A stretch of DNA of 64,000 nucleotides, taken from assembly GCA_965222605.1 (NCBI GenBank), contig OZ244960.1, positions 3,808,001 through 3,872,000 of the forward strand. Reading direction: 5' to 3'. The notes below the pieces were generated by a model. It worked only from the letters and a program-made list of their open reading frames with translations, ran no database searches and was not told the origin of the DNA. Of the stretch, positions 18,598 to 27,569 are shown one piece after another (the first letter of the stretch is position 1; every line of letters starts with the position of its first letter). The translations under genes were made by a program, and so were the position numbers. The stretch comes from Candidatus Latescibacterota bacterium. Lineage in GTDB: Bacteria; Latescibacterota; UBA2968.

Positions 18598-18934
18598 GCA
18601 CAGAGAGATGCGAGTAGGCAAGCGAGATTGCTCGCTCACGCGATACAGGTAGTCTTATTTTTATGTACCAATTACCAGAAATAGCAAAATATAAAGGAGA
18701 TTATATTGAAGGAAAATACAACGACAAATAACTACAAATATGAAAAAGCGATAAATGCCTTGGTAGAGAAAGAAGTATCACAACCACTCTCTCCAATACA
18801 AAGAGTAGCTGCCGCGTTGTGGTTAAAAAATAATGACATCATCGAAACAATTAAGAGTGTTCTTGGTGTATTTGGATATGATGATAATCGTCTAAAAAAG
18901 ATGAATGAGTGGGGATTAAAGAAAACTCTTTTAG

Positions 18935-20641
18935 CCCGACTAATTCATGAACTGTAATGGTTGGGGTTGTTTGTCAGGCGGCATCGGTTCCAAGCATCAA
19001 AATGAGGGTGCTTTCTATCTTGTCTGCCGTCATAGGCGTCTTCATAGAGTTCAAGCAGCCCAAATCGTCCCCTGACAGGCTCTGCCAGTGTCAAAAGTAC
19101 AGACCGGTCCCTTGCCAGTCCTGTCTGTGGATAAGTCCGTGTATTTGTAAAGTCAGCAAGTGATGGGACAGACCCCTATTCCTTCCCCGTTGATGGGTTA
19201 TGGCACCGCCTTTGCCAGATTGCACAGGATTTTATCAAAAAGGTGTGGCAATGGAAATGACATAGGCAGATGGAAGGTGATCTTTGTTTTCAACTCACAG
19301 ACGCGTCCGGCGACTTTAAGGAAACGATTTTGGAGGGTATTGACCTGTGCGTTTATCCACGTTGTGCCTTGTAATCCGATGTGCGCTAAGGTGTGCAACA
19401 AGACATAGGCAGCCGAATGGAGGAAGAGGCGGAACTGATTGGCTCCAAAAGCGTGACAGGACGTGCGGTCTGAGTGGAGAAAGGTTTTGTGATTTTTAAT
19501 GAAGTTTTCCATCTGTCCGCGCGCACAATAGATATTTTGGTAGATAAAGGAGGCCCTTGAACTTTCAAGGTTGGTCACGACAAAGCGTGTGTTTTGGCCT
19601 CGGGTGGTGATTTCAGCTTTGCATAAGATGCGTCTGGCACAGGCCCAAGTCTGGGCTTGGTAATAAAATGAGGTAAAAAGTCGCACGGGCTTGCCGGTTT
19701 GTGCATAAAGGCTTTTGGTCTGATCCATCAGGGGCTTTGAAAGGGCTAAGAGTCGGGTATTGGCACTTTGTCCGAGGATAAAAAAGAGGTCCTTTGTCGC
19801 ACAAAAGTCCTGGACTTCTGGACTTGAGAAGTGGGCATCGCCTCGCAAAAAGAGTGCCACCTTTGGCCAAGCCTGACGAATATAAGCGACTAACCGCTTG
19901 AGAATGGTGACAATCTGTTTGCCATCAGGACGCACACCCGGACGTAAAATCGTCGTGATTAGCTTGCCCGATTGCCCTTCATAAATATGCAAAGGCTGGT
20001 AGGAGTAGGCACCCAAATACCCATTGAATAAGGACAACTGCTGCGTCCCATAAACCCTATCCTGCGTATCATCAATATCTAAGATGATCGACGAAGGCGG
20101 CTTTTTATACGAAGCAATAAAACAATCGACAAAGGCACGAGCAACGCGATACAAATCGCTTCTGCTCATCTGATTCTCAAACCGACTCATCGTGGGTTGA
20201 CTGGCCAAGTTCTCACCACTTATGGGCAAGCGATCACAGGCAACCTTGAAGCCGGGATCGCTGCGTAAGGCATTGCAATCATTGGCATCTTCATACCCAC
20301 AGGCAATTTGAAACACGCGCTGTTTGATCAACTCTGCCGTGCTATGCGCCACATAACTTTGATGCCGATGGTCTTTAATCGCGCGACTCAAACGTGATAA
20401 AATACCCGTTTTGGCCTCCACTTCTCGAAGCAATAAGGCTCCGCTATCGCTGGTGAGAATACCCCCATCAAAGGCGAGGTTGAGACGTTTGCCGAAAATG
20501 CTTGCCAAAGGAACCTTGCAATGATTATCTTGTGTGCTCACGGTAGTTTCTCCCAAGTTCATTGTTCAATGGTTATGCGTATAACCTAATATAATACAAT
20601 AACTTGAATAGGGAAACTACCTTTTTTATGAATTTTTCGGG
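18935..20641 (-). mobile_element. IS1380 family insertion sequence, 1707 bp
   Basis: Terminal IRs CCCGACTAATTCATGAA / CCCGAAAAATTCATAAA (14/17); TTAG target duplication at 18931-18934 and 20642-20645. Confidence 0.9.
19198..20562 (-). CDS. IS1380 family DDE transposase
   Basis: FDGGILTSDSGALLL, GYEDANDC, LASQPTMSRFEN, LDIDDT, LRGDAHF, YCARGQMENFIK. Confidence 0.93.
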   Translation of the reverse strand: MNLGETTVSTQDNHCKVPLASIFGKRLNLAFDGGILTSDSGALLLREVEAKTGILSRLSRAIKDHRHQSYVAHSTAELIKQRVFQIACGYEDANDCNALRSDPGFKVACDRLPISGENLASQPTMSRFENQMSRSDLYRVARAFVDCFIASYKKPPSSIILDIDDTQDRVYGTQQLSLFNGYLGAYSYQPLHIYEGQSGKLITTILRPGVRPDGKQIVTILKRLVAYIRQAWPKVALFLRGDAHFSSPEVQDFCATKDLFFILGQSANTRLLALSKPLMDQTKSLYAQTGKPVRLFTSFYYQAQTWACARRILCKAEITTRGQNTRFVVTNLESSRASFIYQNIYCARGQMENFIKNHKTFLHSDRTSCHAFGANQFRLFLHSAAYVLLHTLAHIGLQGTTWINAQVNTLQNRFLKVAGRVCELKTKITFHLPMSFPLPHLFDKILCNLAKAVP

Positions 20642-21270
20642 TTAGAAGAGATTGCCCAAGATTGTCATTATAAGTTCTTCACTTCACCATTAGGGTTATG
20701 GAGCAAGTCTGACCTAAAAAAGCGCATAGGTTGGATTGACGCTGAAGAACTGAAAGGAGAAATAGCGCAATTAAACATGCGTAATTCCATTATACACCAT
20801 GCAGATATGAAATCTATAGTTGTGTACAATTCGAAAAAAGGTATAATTCACAAAAAGGAGATATTGGAAACCCTTTCTCGTATGACAAAATTGCACATAT
20901 TGCTCCATGCGATATCAAGATATACAAGAAAAATAAGTAATATTGCCAATTTCTCAATCTCATTGAGAACGACGGATGATAACAAAAATATTATGCTATG
21001 TTTTTTGCCTTTTATATGTGGATTTTTATCATGGAAACATAACGAATATCGGGAAAATTTAAGAGCAGGATGGGAAGCTTCTATCATAAACCAAGCTGTT
21101 GGTAAACGTATTGATGACCGTATAGAGGTGTTTGAGAAATACAAAAAAGAATACGGTGCAAAATATCGTGGTGAACCGATAGAGGAGAGAACAGTTGTAT
21201 TCGGTGGAACTTATTCTGAACTCTGTACAAAACTACGCGAAGGATGTGAAGGGGCAGAACAATAGTCTTA

Positions 21271-21300
21271 TTGTCCATCGCACTGCGATGAAGATATAAT
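21271..21300 (+). promoter_or_regulatory. Promoter with perfect palindromic operator upstream of an antitoxin-like gene
   Basis: TTGTCC-18nt-TATAAT enclosing CATCGCA-c-TGCGATG (21276-21290). Confidence 0.5.
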
Positions 21301-21347
21301 CGTCTGTGAAGCATTAAGCACGCGAAGTTAAGGGAGCAGTTTCGGAT

Positions 21348-21557
21348 ATGGCCAAACACTATGTTGAGCACGAACACCAGAAAGTATCTCACGATGCCTT
21401 GCCAGAGGCGCAAGGAACGCTGGCGGACTTTCTCCGGGGACATATCGGCGTCCTGCATAGTGGTGAACATGTCCCCGGCGGTGATCGCATGTCGGAAGAT
21501 AGTGGCAAAAAATTTGCCGAGGGTTTGCTAAAACAACGTCAGCAAGGGGAACAATGA
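21348..21557 (+). CDS. Small antitoxin-like protein
   Basis: 69 aa; GTLADFL.GHIGVLHS...MSEDSGKKFA pattern resembles VapB-type C-termini. ATGA overlap with a PIN-like start. Confidence 0.5.
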   Translation: MAKHYVEHEHQKVSHDALPEAQGTLADFLRGHIGVLHSGEHVPGGDRMSEDSGKKFAEGLLKQRQQGEQ

Positions 21558-21577
21558 TCCTGACGGGTACGGGCCCT
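21554..21577 (+). pseudogene. 8-codon stub of a PIN/VapC toxin
   Basis: ATGA-coupled start reads MILTGTGP (cf. MILTDTGP of PIN toxins), then loses similarity. Confidence 0.4.
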
Positions 21578-21623
21578 TATTATTTTGAATTTCATCAAAA
21601 CCTGAAGAAAATTCTGCTCTTTA

Positions 21624-21657
21624 TTATAAAAACAAGTAGAATAGGCTATCCTTGTTG
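21624..21657 (+). promoter_or_regulatory. Copy 2 of the 29-bp promoter/dyad repeat, upstream of the ATPase-DUF4435-DUF262 genes
   Basis: TTATAA-17nt-TATCCT; AAAACAAGTAGAATAGGCTATCCTTGTTG. Confidence 0.5.
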
Positions 21658-21710
21658 ACGTCTTTTTAAGTTTGCCGAATTTTTTGATCATCGAAGCACT
21701 GGAGATGAAC

Positions 21711-23060
21711 ATGAAGATAAAAGAAATAGAGATTCGATCCCTATTCGGGTATTTTAACCACAAGATACCTCTGAAGGAGGATGACCGTATTACCATAATC
21801 CACGGACCGAATGGCGTTGGCAAGACAACGGTTCTTCGTCTTATCTCTGACCTCTTTGAGGGGCATTTTCACGCATTGCTTGGTACTCCCTTTGACCGCA
21901 TTGTGGTGCGTTTCAAGCCCAAAGGTAGCTTGGCAGTTATTCCTACAAAAGAAAAAGGAGCAAAAGATTTTGGGAAGCTGGAATTGATCTACCGTTTTGG
22001 GAAAGAACGGATTGAGCATACTGTGTGGTTACTAAGGGGACAAGGGAGACATAGACGATTGTCCCCCAGTATCTTAGAAAGACTGATTGACAATATAGAA
22101 CGTATTAGCCCATCTGAGTGGAGCGATGACACTGGCGAAATAATGTCTTTTGATGAAGTGATTTCCCGTTACGAGCATTTCTTACCCCCTGATATCCGTG
22201 AATCTATGATCTCGGTTCCAGAGGAAATAGAGAGCTTATTAGAACAAATCAATATTGTAGTTGTTGAAACTCAGAGACTCTTCACAGGGCATAAAGACGA
22301 ACGCGAAGAACGAACGTTTCGATTTAGAAGAAGAGAAATTTCTGTACAGCGGATGACGGTAGAGCAATACTCGGAGGATATGGTCGCCAGAATAGAGAGC
22401 TACCAAAGGAAATCCGGTGAGCTTGGCGTATCTTTAGATAGCTCTTTCCCCCAACGACTTTTATTTGACTCAGAATTGCCGAAAATCGCGACAGAAAATT
22501 ACATTAGACAAGAATATACTGATCAGTCGAGATATAGAGATCGATTGATGGAGGCTAGCCTCCTTGCTGCTGAAACCCCGGTACCTCTCTCCTCTGAAAG
22601 TCTAAAAGAGCATGAACGAAAGGTTTTATGGGCCTACCTCAATGACGTGAAACAGAAACTCCAAGTTTTCGATCCTCTTCTCCGCCGCGTGGAATTGTTT
22701 AAAGATATTGTCAACTCTCGTTTCTCATATAAGAAATTCAAAGTAGATAGAGAGAAGGGTTTCATTTTCGAATCGGATCACGATGGATCTATTGTGCCTC
22801 CAGGAGCACTGTCTTCTGGTGAGCAGCACGAACTTGTCCTGACTTATGAACTTTTGTTCAAGGCACCGGCAGGCTCTCTCATTTTTATAGACGAACCCGA
22901 GTTGTCTCTGCATGTGTCATGGCAGAGACTGTTTCTCGAGGATATTGCCAAAATATCGGAGTTGGCGGACCTTGATTTTCTTGTGGCTACCCATTCTCCA
23001 TCTATCGTCTATGACCGGCGTGATCTCATGGTTGAGCTGGCAGGTGAAAAGGAAGGCTAA
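21711..23060 (+). CDS. ABC/AAA_21-type ATPase, PARIS AriA-like
   Basis: HGPNGVGKT Walker A, LSSGEQ signature, IDEPELSLH Walker B/D-loop, ATHSP H-loop; no transmembrane partner. Confidence 0.82.
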   Translation: MKIKEIEIRSLFGYFNHKIPLKEDDRITIIHGPNGVGKTTVLRLISDLFEGHFHALLGTPFDRIVVRFKPKGSLAVIPTKEKGAKDFGKLELIYRFGKERIEHTVWLLRGQGRHRRLSPSILERLIDNIERISPSEWSDDTGEIMSFDEVISRYEHFLPPDIRESMISVPEEIESLLEQINIVVVETQRLFTGHKDEREERTFRFRRREISVQRMTVEQYSEDMVARIESYQRKSGELGVSLDSSFPQRLLFDSELPKIATENYIRQEYTDQSRYRDRLMEASLLAAETPVPLSSESLKEHERKVLWAYLNDVKQKLQVFDPLLRRVELFKDIVNSRFSYKKFKVDREKGFIFESDHDGSIVPPGALSSGEQHELVLTYELLFKAPAGSLIFIDEPELSLHVSWQRLFLEDIAKISELADLDFLVATHSPSIVYDRRDLMVELAGEKEG

Positions 23061-23064
23061 CATT

Positions 23065-23919
23065 ATGGAGCGGACAGGCGACGACATCGCCAACGAAGTA
23101 CTTTTTGAACGTGCCAAATACAATGGACCTGTGCTCCTCCTCGAAGGAGATAATGACGTGAAATTTTTCTACCAGTTTGTTAAAGAGGCTGAAATGCCGA
23201 TTATCCCTGCTTGGGGTAAGGAGAATGTCCTTGAAGCTGTCGAGAAACTTGAATCGGATGGTATCGTACAGGGCTTCTTAGGAATCGTTGATGCAGACTT
23301 TGGGCACGTTGATGGTTCGTTGCCGACTTCCCGGAATGTCGTTGTCACTGACGACCATGACGTAGAAATGATGATTATTAGAACCAGAGCATTTGATGCG
23401 GTCTTGCGTGAGTTGGGGTCAAAAGATAAAATTCGCAGATTCCAAGGTACAGAACATGGAATACGTCATAAAATGATGCAGAAAGCACTGATTATAGGAC
23501 ACTTCCGCCACTTATCTGTGACAAATCACCTTCGCTTGCGTTTTGAAGGGTTGCGTTTTGATCGTTTCGTTGACCGTAATACGTTGAAAATGGATAAGAA
23601 CAAAATGATAAATAACGTTTTTCAGTTAACAAAAAACCCACAATTAGAGGTGGAAGATATTCGAGACAAGTTTTTGGAGCTTGTAGAAGATGACAATGAC
23701 GATCCTTATCAAATCTGCTGTGGGCACGACTTTATTGCGATCTTTGGCATCGCGTTGAGAAAGGTTATAGGAAGCAAGTTAGAGAGAGAGACGCGTCCTG
23801 AAGTATTGGGTAGTATGCTACGTCTTGCGTACGACAGCGACGATTTCCGCCAGACTAAGCTCTACTCGGATGCAAAGCGGTGGTCTAAAAGTAATCAAGA
23901 CTACAATATATTCATTTGA
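23065..23919 (+). CDS. DUF4435 / TOPRIM-like protein, PARIS AriB-like
   Basis: LLLEGDND and GIVDADF (TOPRIM E and DxD), HDVEMM, CCGHD; starts 4 nt after the ATPase stop. Confidence 0.75.
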   Translation: MERTGDDIANEVLFERAKYNGPVLLLEGDNDVKFFYQFVKEAEMPIIPAWGKENVLEAVEKLESDGIVQGFLGIVDADFGHVDGSLPTSRNVVVTDDHDVEMMIIRTRAFDAVLRELGSKDKIRRFQGTEHGIRHKMMQKALIIGHFRHLSVTNHLRLRFEGLRFDRFVDRNTLKMDKNKMINNVFQLTKNPQLEVEDIRDKFLELVEDDNDDPYQICCGHDFIAIFGIALRKVIGSKLERETRPEVLGSMLRLAYDSDDFRQTKLYSDAKRWSKSNQDYNIFI

Positions 23920-23981
23920 AGCGAGATTTCTAAAAAAATTATTCAATATACCTTCCCCACCAATGGTCTGGTTGACCACAC

Positions 23982-25685
23982 ATGAATTTTAATACCTCCA
24001 ACAATACCTTCCGCCAACTCATGGGCAATGGGCTGAGTTATTGCGTGCCGCCGTTTCAGCGCGACTACTCTTGGGGGGCCGACGAATGGGATGACTTGTG
24101 GCAGGATATTGTCGGGCTGTTTGGCGAGGACCCGGAGCCAGCGCACTACATGGGCTATCTGGTGCTACAATCCGCTGACAGCAGGGTGTTCGACATTATT
24201 GACGGACAGCAACGCATGACGACGCTTAGTCTGTTGATGCTGGCGGCGGTGTCTCATTTAACGGATCTGGCGGTGCCGGGCGACCTGAACGACCCGCAGT
24301 ACCGACGCGCGCAGCAGTTGCGTCACAACTACATCGGCTATCTGGATCCGGTGAGCCTGGTGGCACGCTCCAAGCTGACCCTGAATCGCCACGATGATGG
24401 TTTTTATCAGAACTATCTCGTTCCCTTAGAGCGCCTGCCGCAGCGCGGTTTGAACGCCTCGGAGCATTTATTGCGCCGGGCTTTTACCTTCTTTAAGGAA
24501 CGCGTCAGGGGACACTCACATGACGATGGCGAGGCGGTGGCGCGCTTTGTTGATGTTGCAGTGGATAAGCTATTCTTTACGGTTATCACAGTTACGGATG
24601 AGTTGAATGCCTTCAAAGTCTTCGAGACGCTGAATGCTCGCGGTGTGCGCTTATCGGCTACCGATTTGCTGAAGAATTACTTGTTTTCAGTCATATCGCG
24701 CGGCGGCATGCATGAATCTGAACTCAAGATACTGGAAAATCGCTGGGAAGATATCGTCGGGTTGCTGGGCAGCGAAAGTTTTCCAGAGTTTTTGCGGGTG
24801 TTCTGGAATAGTCGCAACAGGTTGGTACGCAGAACCTACTTGTTCAAAACCATCCGCGACGCAATTAACGACAGGAGCAAGGCGTTTGCGTTAATTCGCG
24901 ATATGGATAGGTGCGCACGGGTTTATACGGCGTTGCGCAGCCCAGAGGACAGTTTATGGGCAGAGAAGGAGCGCGATAACCTGGCGCAGTTGCAGATGTT
25001 CAGCGTGCGCCAACCACTGGCGGTGTTGATGGCGGTGTATGATCGTTTTGCGGAAGACGACAGAGCTGGATTTGGGCGCTTTTTGCGAGCTATTGCAGTG
25101 GTGTCCTTTCGCTACAATGTGATATGTGGTCGCCAAAGCAATGAGCAGGAAGTGGTGTATAACCAGATCGCTTGCGGAATTTCAGAAGGCCGCATTGATA
25201 ATATTGTTGCCGCGATTGCGGCACTGCGTCCGGTTTATCCCGGGGATGGAGAGTTTAGAACGGCTTTTTCCAATAAAGCACTACGGACCTCCAGCAGTCG
25301 CAACAAGAAGATAGCGCGTTTTATCTTGTTCCGTTTGGAAGAGTACCTATCCGGAAAACGGTTTGATTTTGAGAGTGCGAAGTACAGTATTGAGCATGTA
25401 TTGCCGGAGAATCCCGACGATGGCTGGGAAGCATTTGATGATCGACAGCGGGAAGCATCTACCTATCGTTTGGGTAATATGACACTCCTGGAAGCGGCCC
25501 CTAATCGACGTATCGGAAATGCGAGATTCCCTGAAAAGTGCCCTGTTTATGGTGCGAGTGAGTTCTCCATAACCCGCAAGTTGTCGCAAGAATACGATAT
25601 GTGGACCGTGGATAAGGTTCGCTCTCGACAAGAATGGATGGCGAGACAGGCTGCGAGTATATGGCAGATATCATTTAACATTTAA
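23982..25685 (+). CDS. DUF262-DUF1524 protein (GmrSD-like modification-dependent restriction nuclease)
   Basis: VPPFQRDYSW, IIDGQQRMTT, FETLNARG (DUF262); SIEHVLPE..LGNMTLL...N..GN (HNH, DUF1524). Confidence 0.88.
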   Translation: MNFNTSNNTFRQLMGNGLSYCVPPFQRDYSWGADEWDDLWQDIVGLFGEDPEPAHYMGYLVLQSADSRVFDIIDGQQRMTTLSLLMLAAVSHLTDLAVPGDLNDPQYRRAQQLRHNYIGYLDPVSLVARSKLTLNRHDDGFYQNYLVPLERLPQRGLNASEHLLRRAFTFFKERVRGHSHDDGEAVARFVDVAVDKLFFTVITVTDELNAFKVFETLNARGVRLSATDLLKNYLFSVISRGGMHESELKILENRWEDIVGLLGSESFPEFLRVFWNSRNRLVRRTYLFKTIRDAINDRSKAFALIRDMDRCARVYTALRSPEDSLWAEKERDNLAQLQMFSVRQPLAVLMAVYDRFAEDDRAGFGRFLRAIAVVSFRYNVICGRQSNEQEVVYNQIACGISEGRIDNIVAAIAALRPVYPGDGEFRTAFSNKALRTSSSRNKKIARFILFRLEEYLSGKRFDFESAKYSIEHVLPENPDDGWEAFDDRQREASTYRLGNMTLLEAAPNRRIGNARFPEKCPVYGASEFSITRKLSQEYDMWTVDKVRSRQEWMARQAASIWQISFNI

Positions 25686-25693
25686 GAGGTGAT

Positions 25694-26650
25694 ATGGTGA
25701 AACGGAAATTGGGATATGTGGGGCTGGGGATGATGGGGGGTGGGATGGCGAGTCATTTGGTTGCGAGTGGTTATGATGTTGCGGTTCACGATTTGCGGGA
25801 TGAAGCGGTGCAGGTTTTGCAGGAGAAAGGGGCAACGGGTGTGAATACCCCCCGGGCTGTTGCCGAGCGGTCAGAGGTTGTTATTTCTTCGCTGCCAACT
25901 CCGCAAGCTGTTGAGCAAGTTGCTTTGGGATCAGATGGTATTGTTTCCGGATTGTCTGAGGGGCAGGTTTATATCGATATGAGTTCGATTGACCCGGATA
26001 CGACGCTTAAGGTCGGCAGGGTTGTAGCAGAAAAGGGTGGGCATATGCTGGATGTGCCTGTGGGCAAGGGTCCGGCAGACGCGGCACAAGGTGGATTGAC
26101 GCTGATGATTGGCGGCGATGCCAATGTGGTGGCGTCTGTACAAGATGTGCTGGATACATTGGGCGACGAGCAGTTTTATTGTGGCGAGTTGGGCATGGGG
26201 GTGACGACAAAGCTGGTTAATAATCTGGTGTCGTGCTCGGTTGCTACGCTGTTGGGTGAGGCATTTGCGATGGGTACTGCTGCGGGATTGGATGTCGATG
26301 TGTTGTGGGATGTGATGTCAACTACGGCTGCAAATTCATCGCATTTGCAGAGGAGTTTTAAACACCGTGCAATGGCGCGAAATTTTGAACCCAATTTTAA
26401 GCTGCGGTTGTCACACAAGGACCTCGGGTTGGCTGCACAGATGGCCGGTGCTCTGGGGGCGACAAATTTGATGGGCGCGGCAGCGTATCAGATTCAGACC
26501 ATAGCGATGGGGATGGGGTTGGGCGATGAAGATCAGACGGCGACGATTAAGGTGGCGGAGGAGACGGCGGGGATAGAGGTGAGAAGGCGATCCGCAGATG
26601 ACGCAGATAAAAAAGAGGGGCTGGGGGCTGGCAGGCGTTGTACCTATTGA
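25694..26650 (+). CDS. NAD(P)-dependent oxidoreductase, beta-hydroxyacid dehydrogenase family
   Basis: GYVGLGMMG, DMSSI, LDVPV, KLVNN, F.LRLSHKDLGLA. Confidence 0.88.
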   Translation: MVKRKLGYVGLGMMGGGMASHLVASGYDVAVHDLRDEAVQVLQEKGATGVNTPRAVAERSEVVISSLPTPQAVEQVALGSDGIVSGLSEGQVYIDMSSIDPDTTLKVGRVVAEKGGHMLDVPVGKGPADAAQGGLTLMIGGDANVVASVQDVLDTLGDEQFYCGELGMGVTTKLVNNLVSCSVATLLGEAFAMGTAAGLDVDVLWDVMSTTAANSSHLQRSFKHRAMARNFEPNFKLRLSHKDLGLAAQMAGALGATNLMGAAAYQIQTIAMGMGLGDEDQTATIKVAEETAGIEVRRRSADDADKKEGLGAGRRCTY

Positions 26651-26688
26651 GTAATGTGGTATATTCTTTAGAGAAAAGGAGGATGGAG

Positions 26689-27549
26689 ATGCCAGTTTTG
26701 AGCGAGAGAGATTGGGATTTTTGGCGGGAGAATGGGTATGTGGTGGTACACAATGCGGTGCCGCAAGAAAATTTGGATGCGATGGTGGATACGATCTGGA
26801 CGTTTTTGGAGATAGATCGCGATAATCCGGAGGATTGGTATAAGCACAAACCCTATACGCGCGGGAATCCGTGTTCGATGATTGCTGCGTCGGGGATGGT
26901 GGAAATTTATCAGCATCAGGCATTGTGGGATAACCGGCAGTATCCCCGCTTGCATCAGGCGTTTTCCGAAATTTGGGGAACGGAGCAGTTGTGGGTATCG
27001 CTGGATCGCGCGAATATGAAGCCGCCTTCGCGGGCAGATAAACCCGATTGGCAAAATGAGGGTATGATTCACTGGGATGCGGATACGTCTGTGCCCAAAG
27101 TGCCTTTTGGGGTGCAGGGGGTGTTGTATTTGACGGATACTTCGGAGGATCAGGGCGGGTTTCAGTGTGTGCCGGGGTTTAATAATATTTTTGAGGAGTG
27201 GGTCAAGGCGCAGCCGGAGGATCGCGATCCCCGGCGGCCCAATCTGGACGATCTGGAAGTGAAGTCAATTCCGGGCAAAGCAGGTGATCTTTTGATCTGG
27301 CATCGGTTGCTGGCACACGGCAATGGGCACAATCGCTCGGATAGGCCCCGTCTGGCGCAGTATATTACGATGTCGCTGGCAGAGGGACGCGGGGAGGCCG
27401 AGCGGGAAGAGCGCATTCAGGCATGGCGGGATTGCAGGCCCACGCCCCGCTGGCCGGGTGATCCGAGAGATTGGGAACACGAAACGCAAAAGCCCGCGAA
27501 GTTGACAGAATTGGGTGAGAAGCTGTTGGGAGTGACGTCGTGGAATTGA
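26689..27549 (+). CDS. PhyH family dioxygenase
   Basis: AGGAGG RBS; FWRENGYVVV, IHWD, AGDLLIWHRLLAHG. Confidence 0.85.
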   Translation: MPVLSERDWDFWRENGYVVVHNAVPQENLDAMVDTIWTFLEIDRDNPEDWYKHKPYTRGNPCSMIAASGMVEIYQHQALWDNRQYPRLHQAFSEIWGTEQLWVSLDRANMKPPSRADKPDWQNEGMIHWDADTSVPKVPFGVQGVLYLTDTSEDQGGFQCVPGFNNIFEEWVKAQPEDRDPRRPNLDDLEVKSIPGKAGDLLIWHRLLAHGNGHNRSDRPRLAQYITMSLAEGRGEAEREERIQAWRDCRPTPRWPGDPRDWEHETQKPAKLTELGEKLLGVTSWN

Positions 27550-27569
27550 AGGACTAATGGAGAAATCTC

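Larger units (their letters stand above)
18706..21265 (+). pseudogene. AT-rich 282-aa gene with RxxxxH (HEPN-like) motif, split by IS1380
   Basis: Removing 18935-20645 joins 18706-18934 to 20646-21265 into one 849-nt open frame (..KKTLL|EEIAQDCHYKFF..QLNMRNSIIH..). AAGGAG RBS before TTG 18706. Confidence 0.8.

Noticed and set aside
21084-21470. 128-aa minus-strand ORF in the defence island
   Set aside because: Overlaps two plus-strand genes with better support and has no motifs.
18569-21657. 29-bp dyad repeats as integron attC sites or CRISPR repeats
   Set aside because: Too short for attC, no integrase present, only two copies 3 kb apart, and no cas genes.
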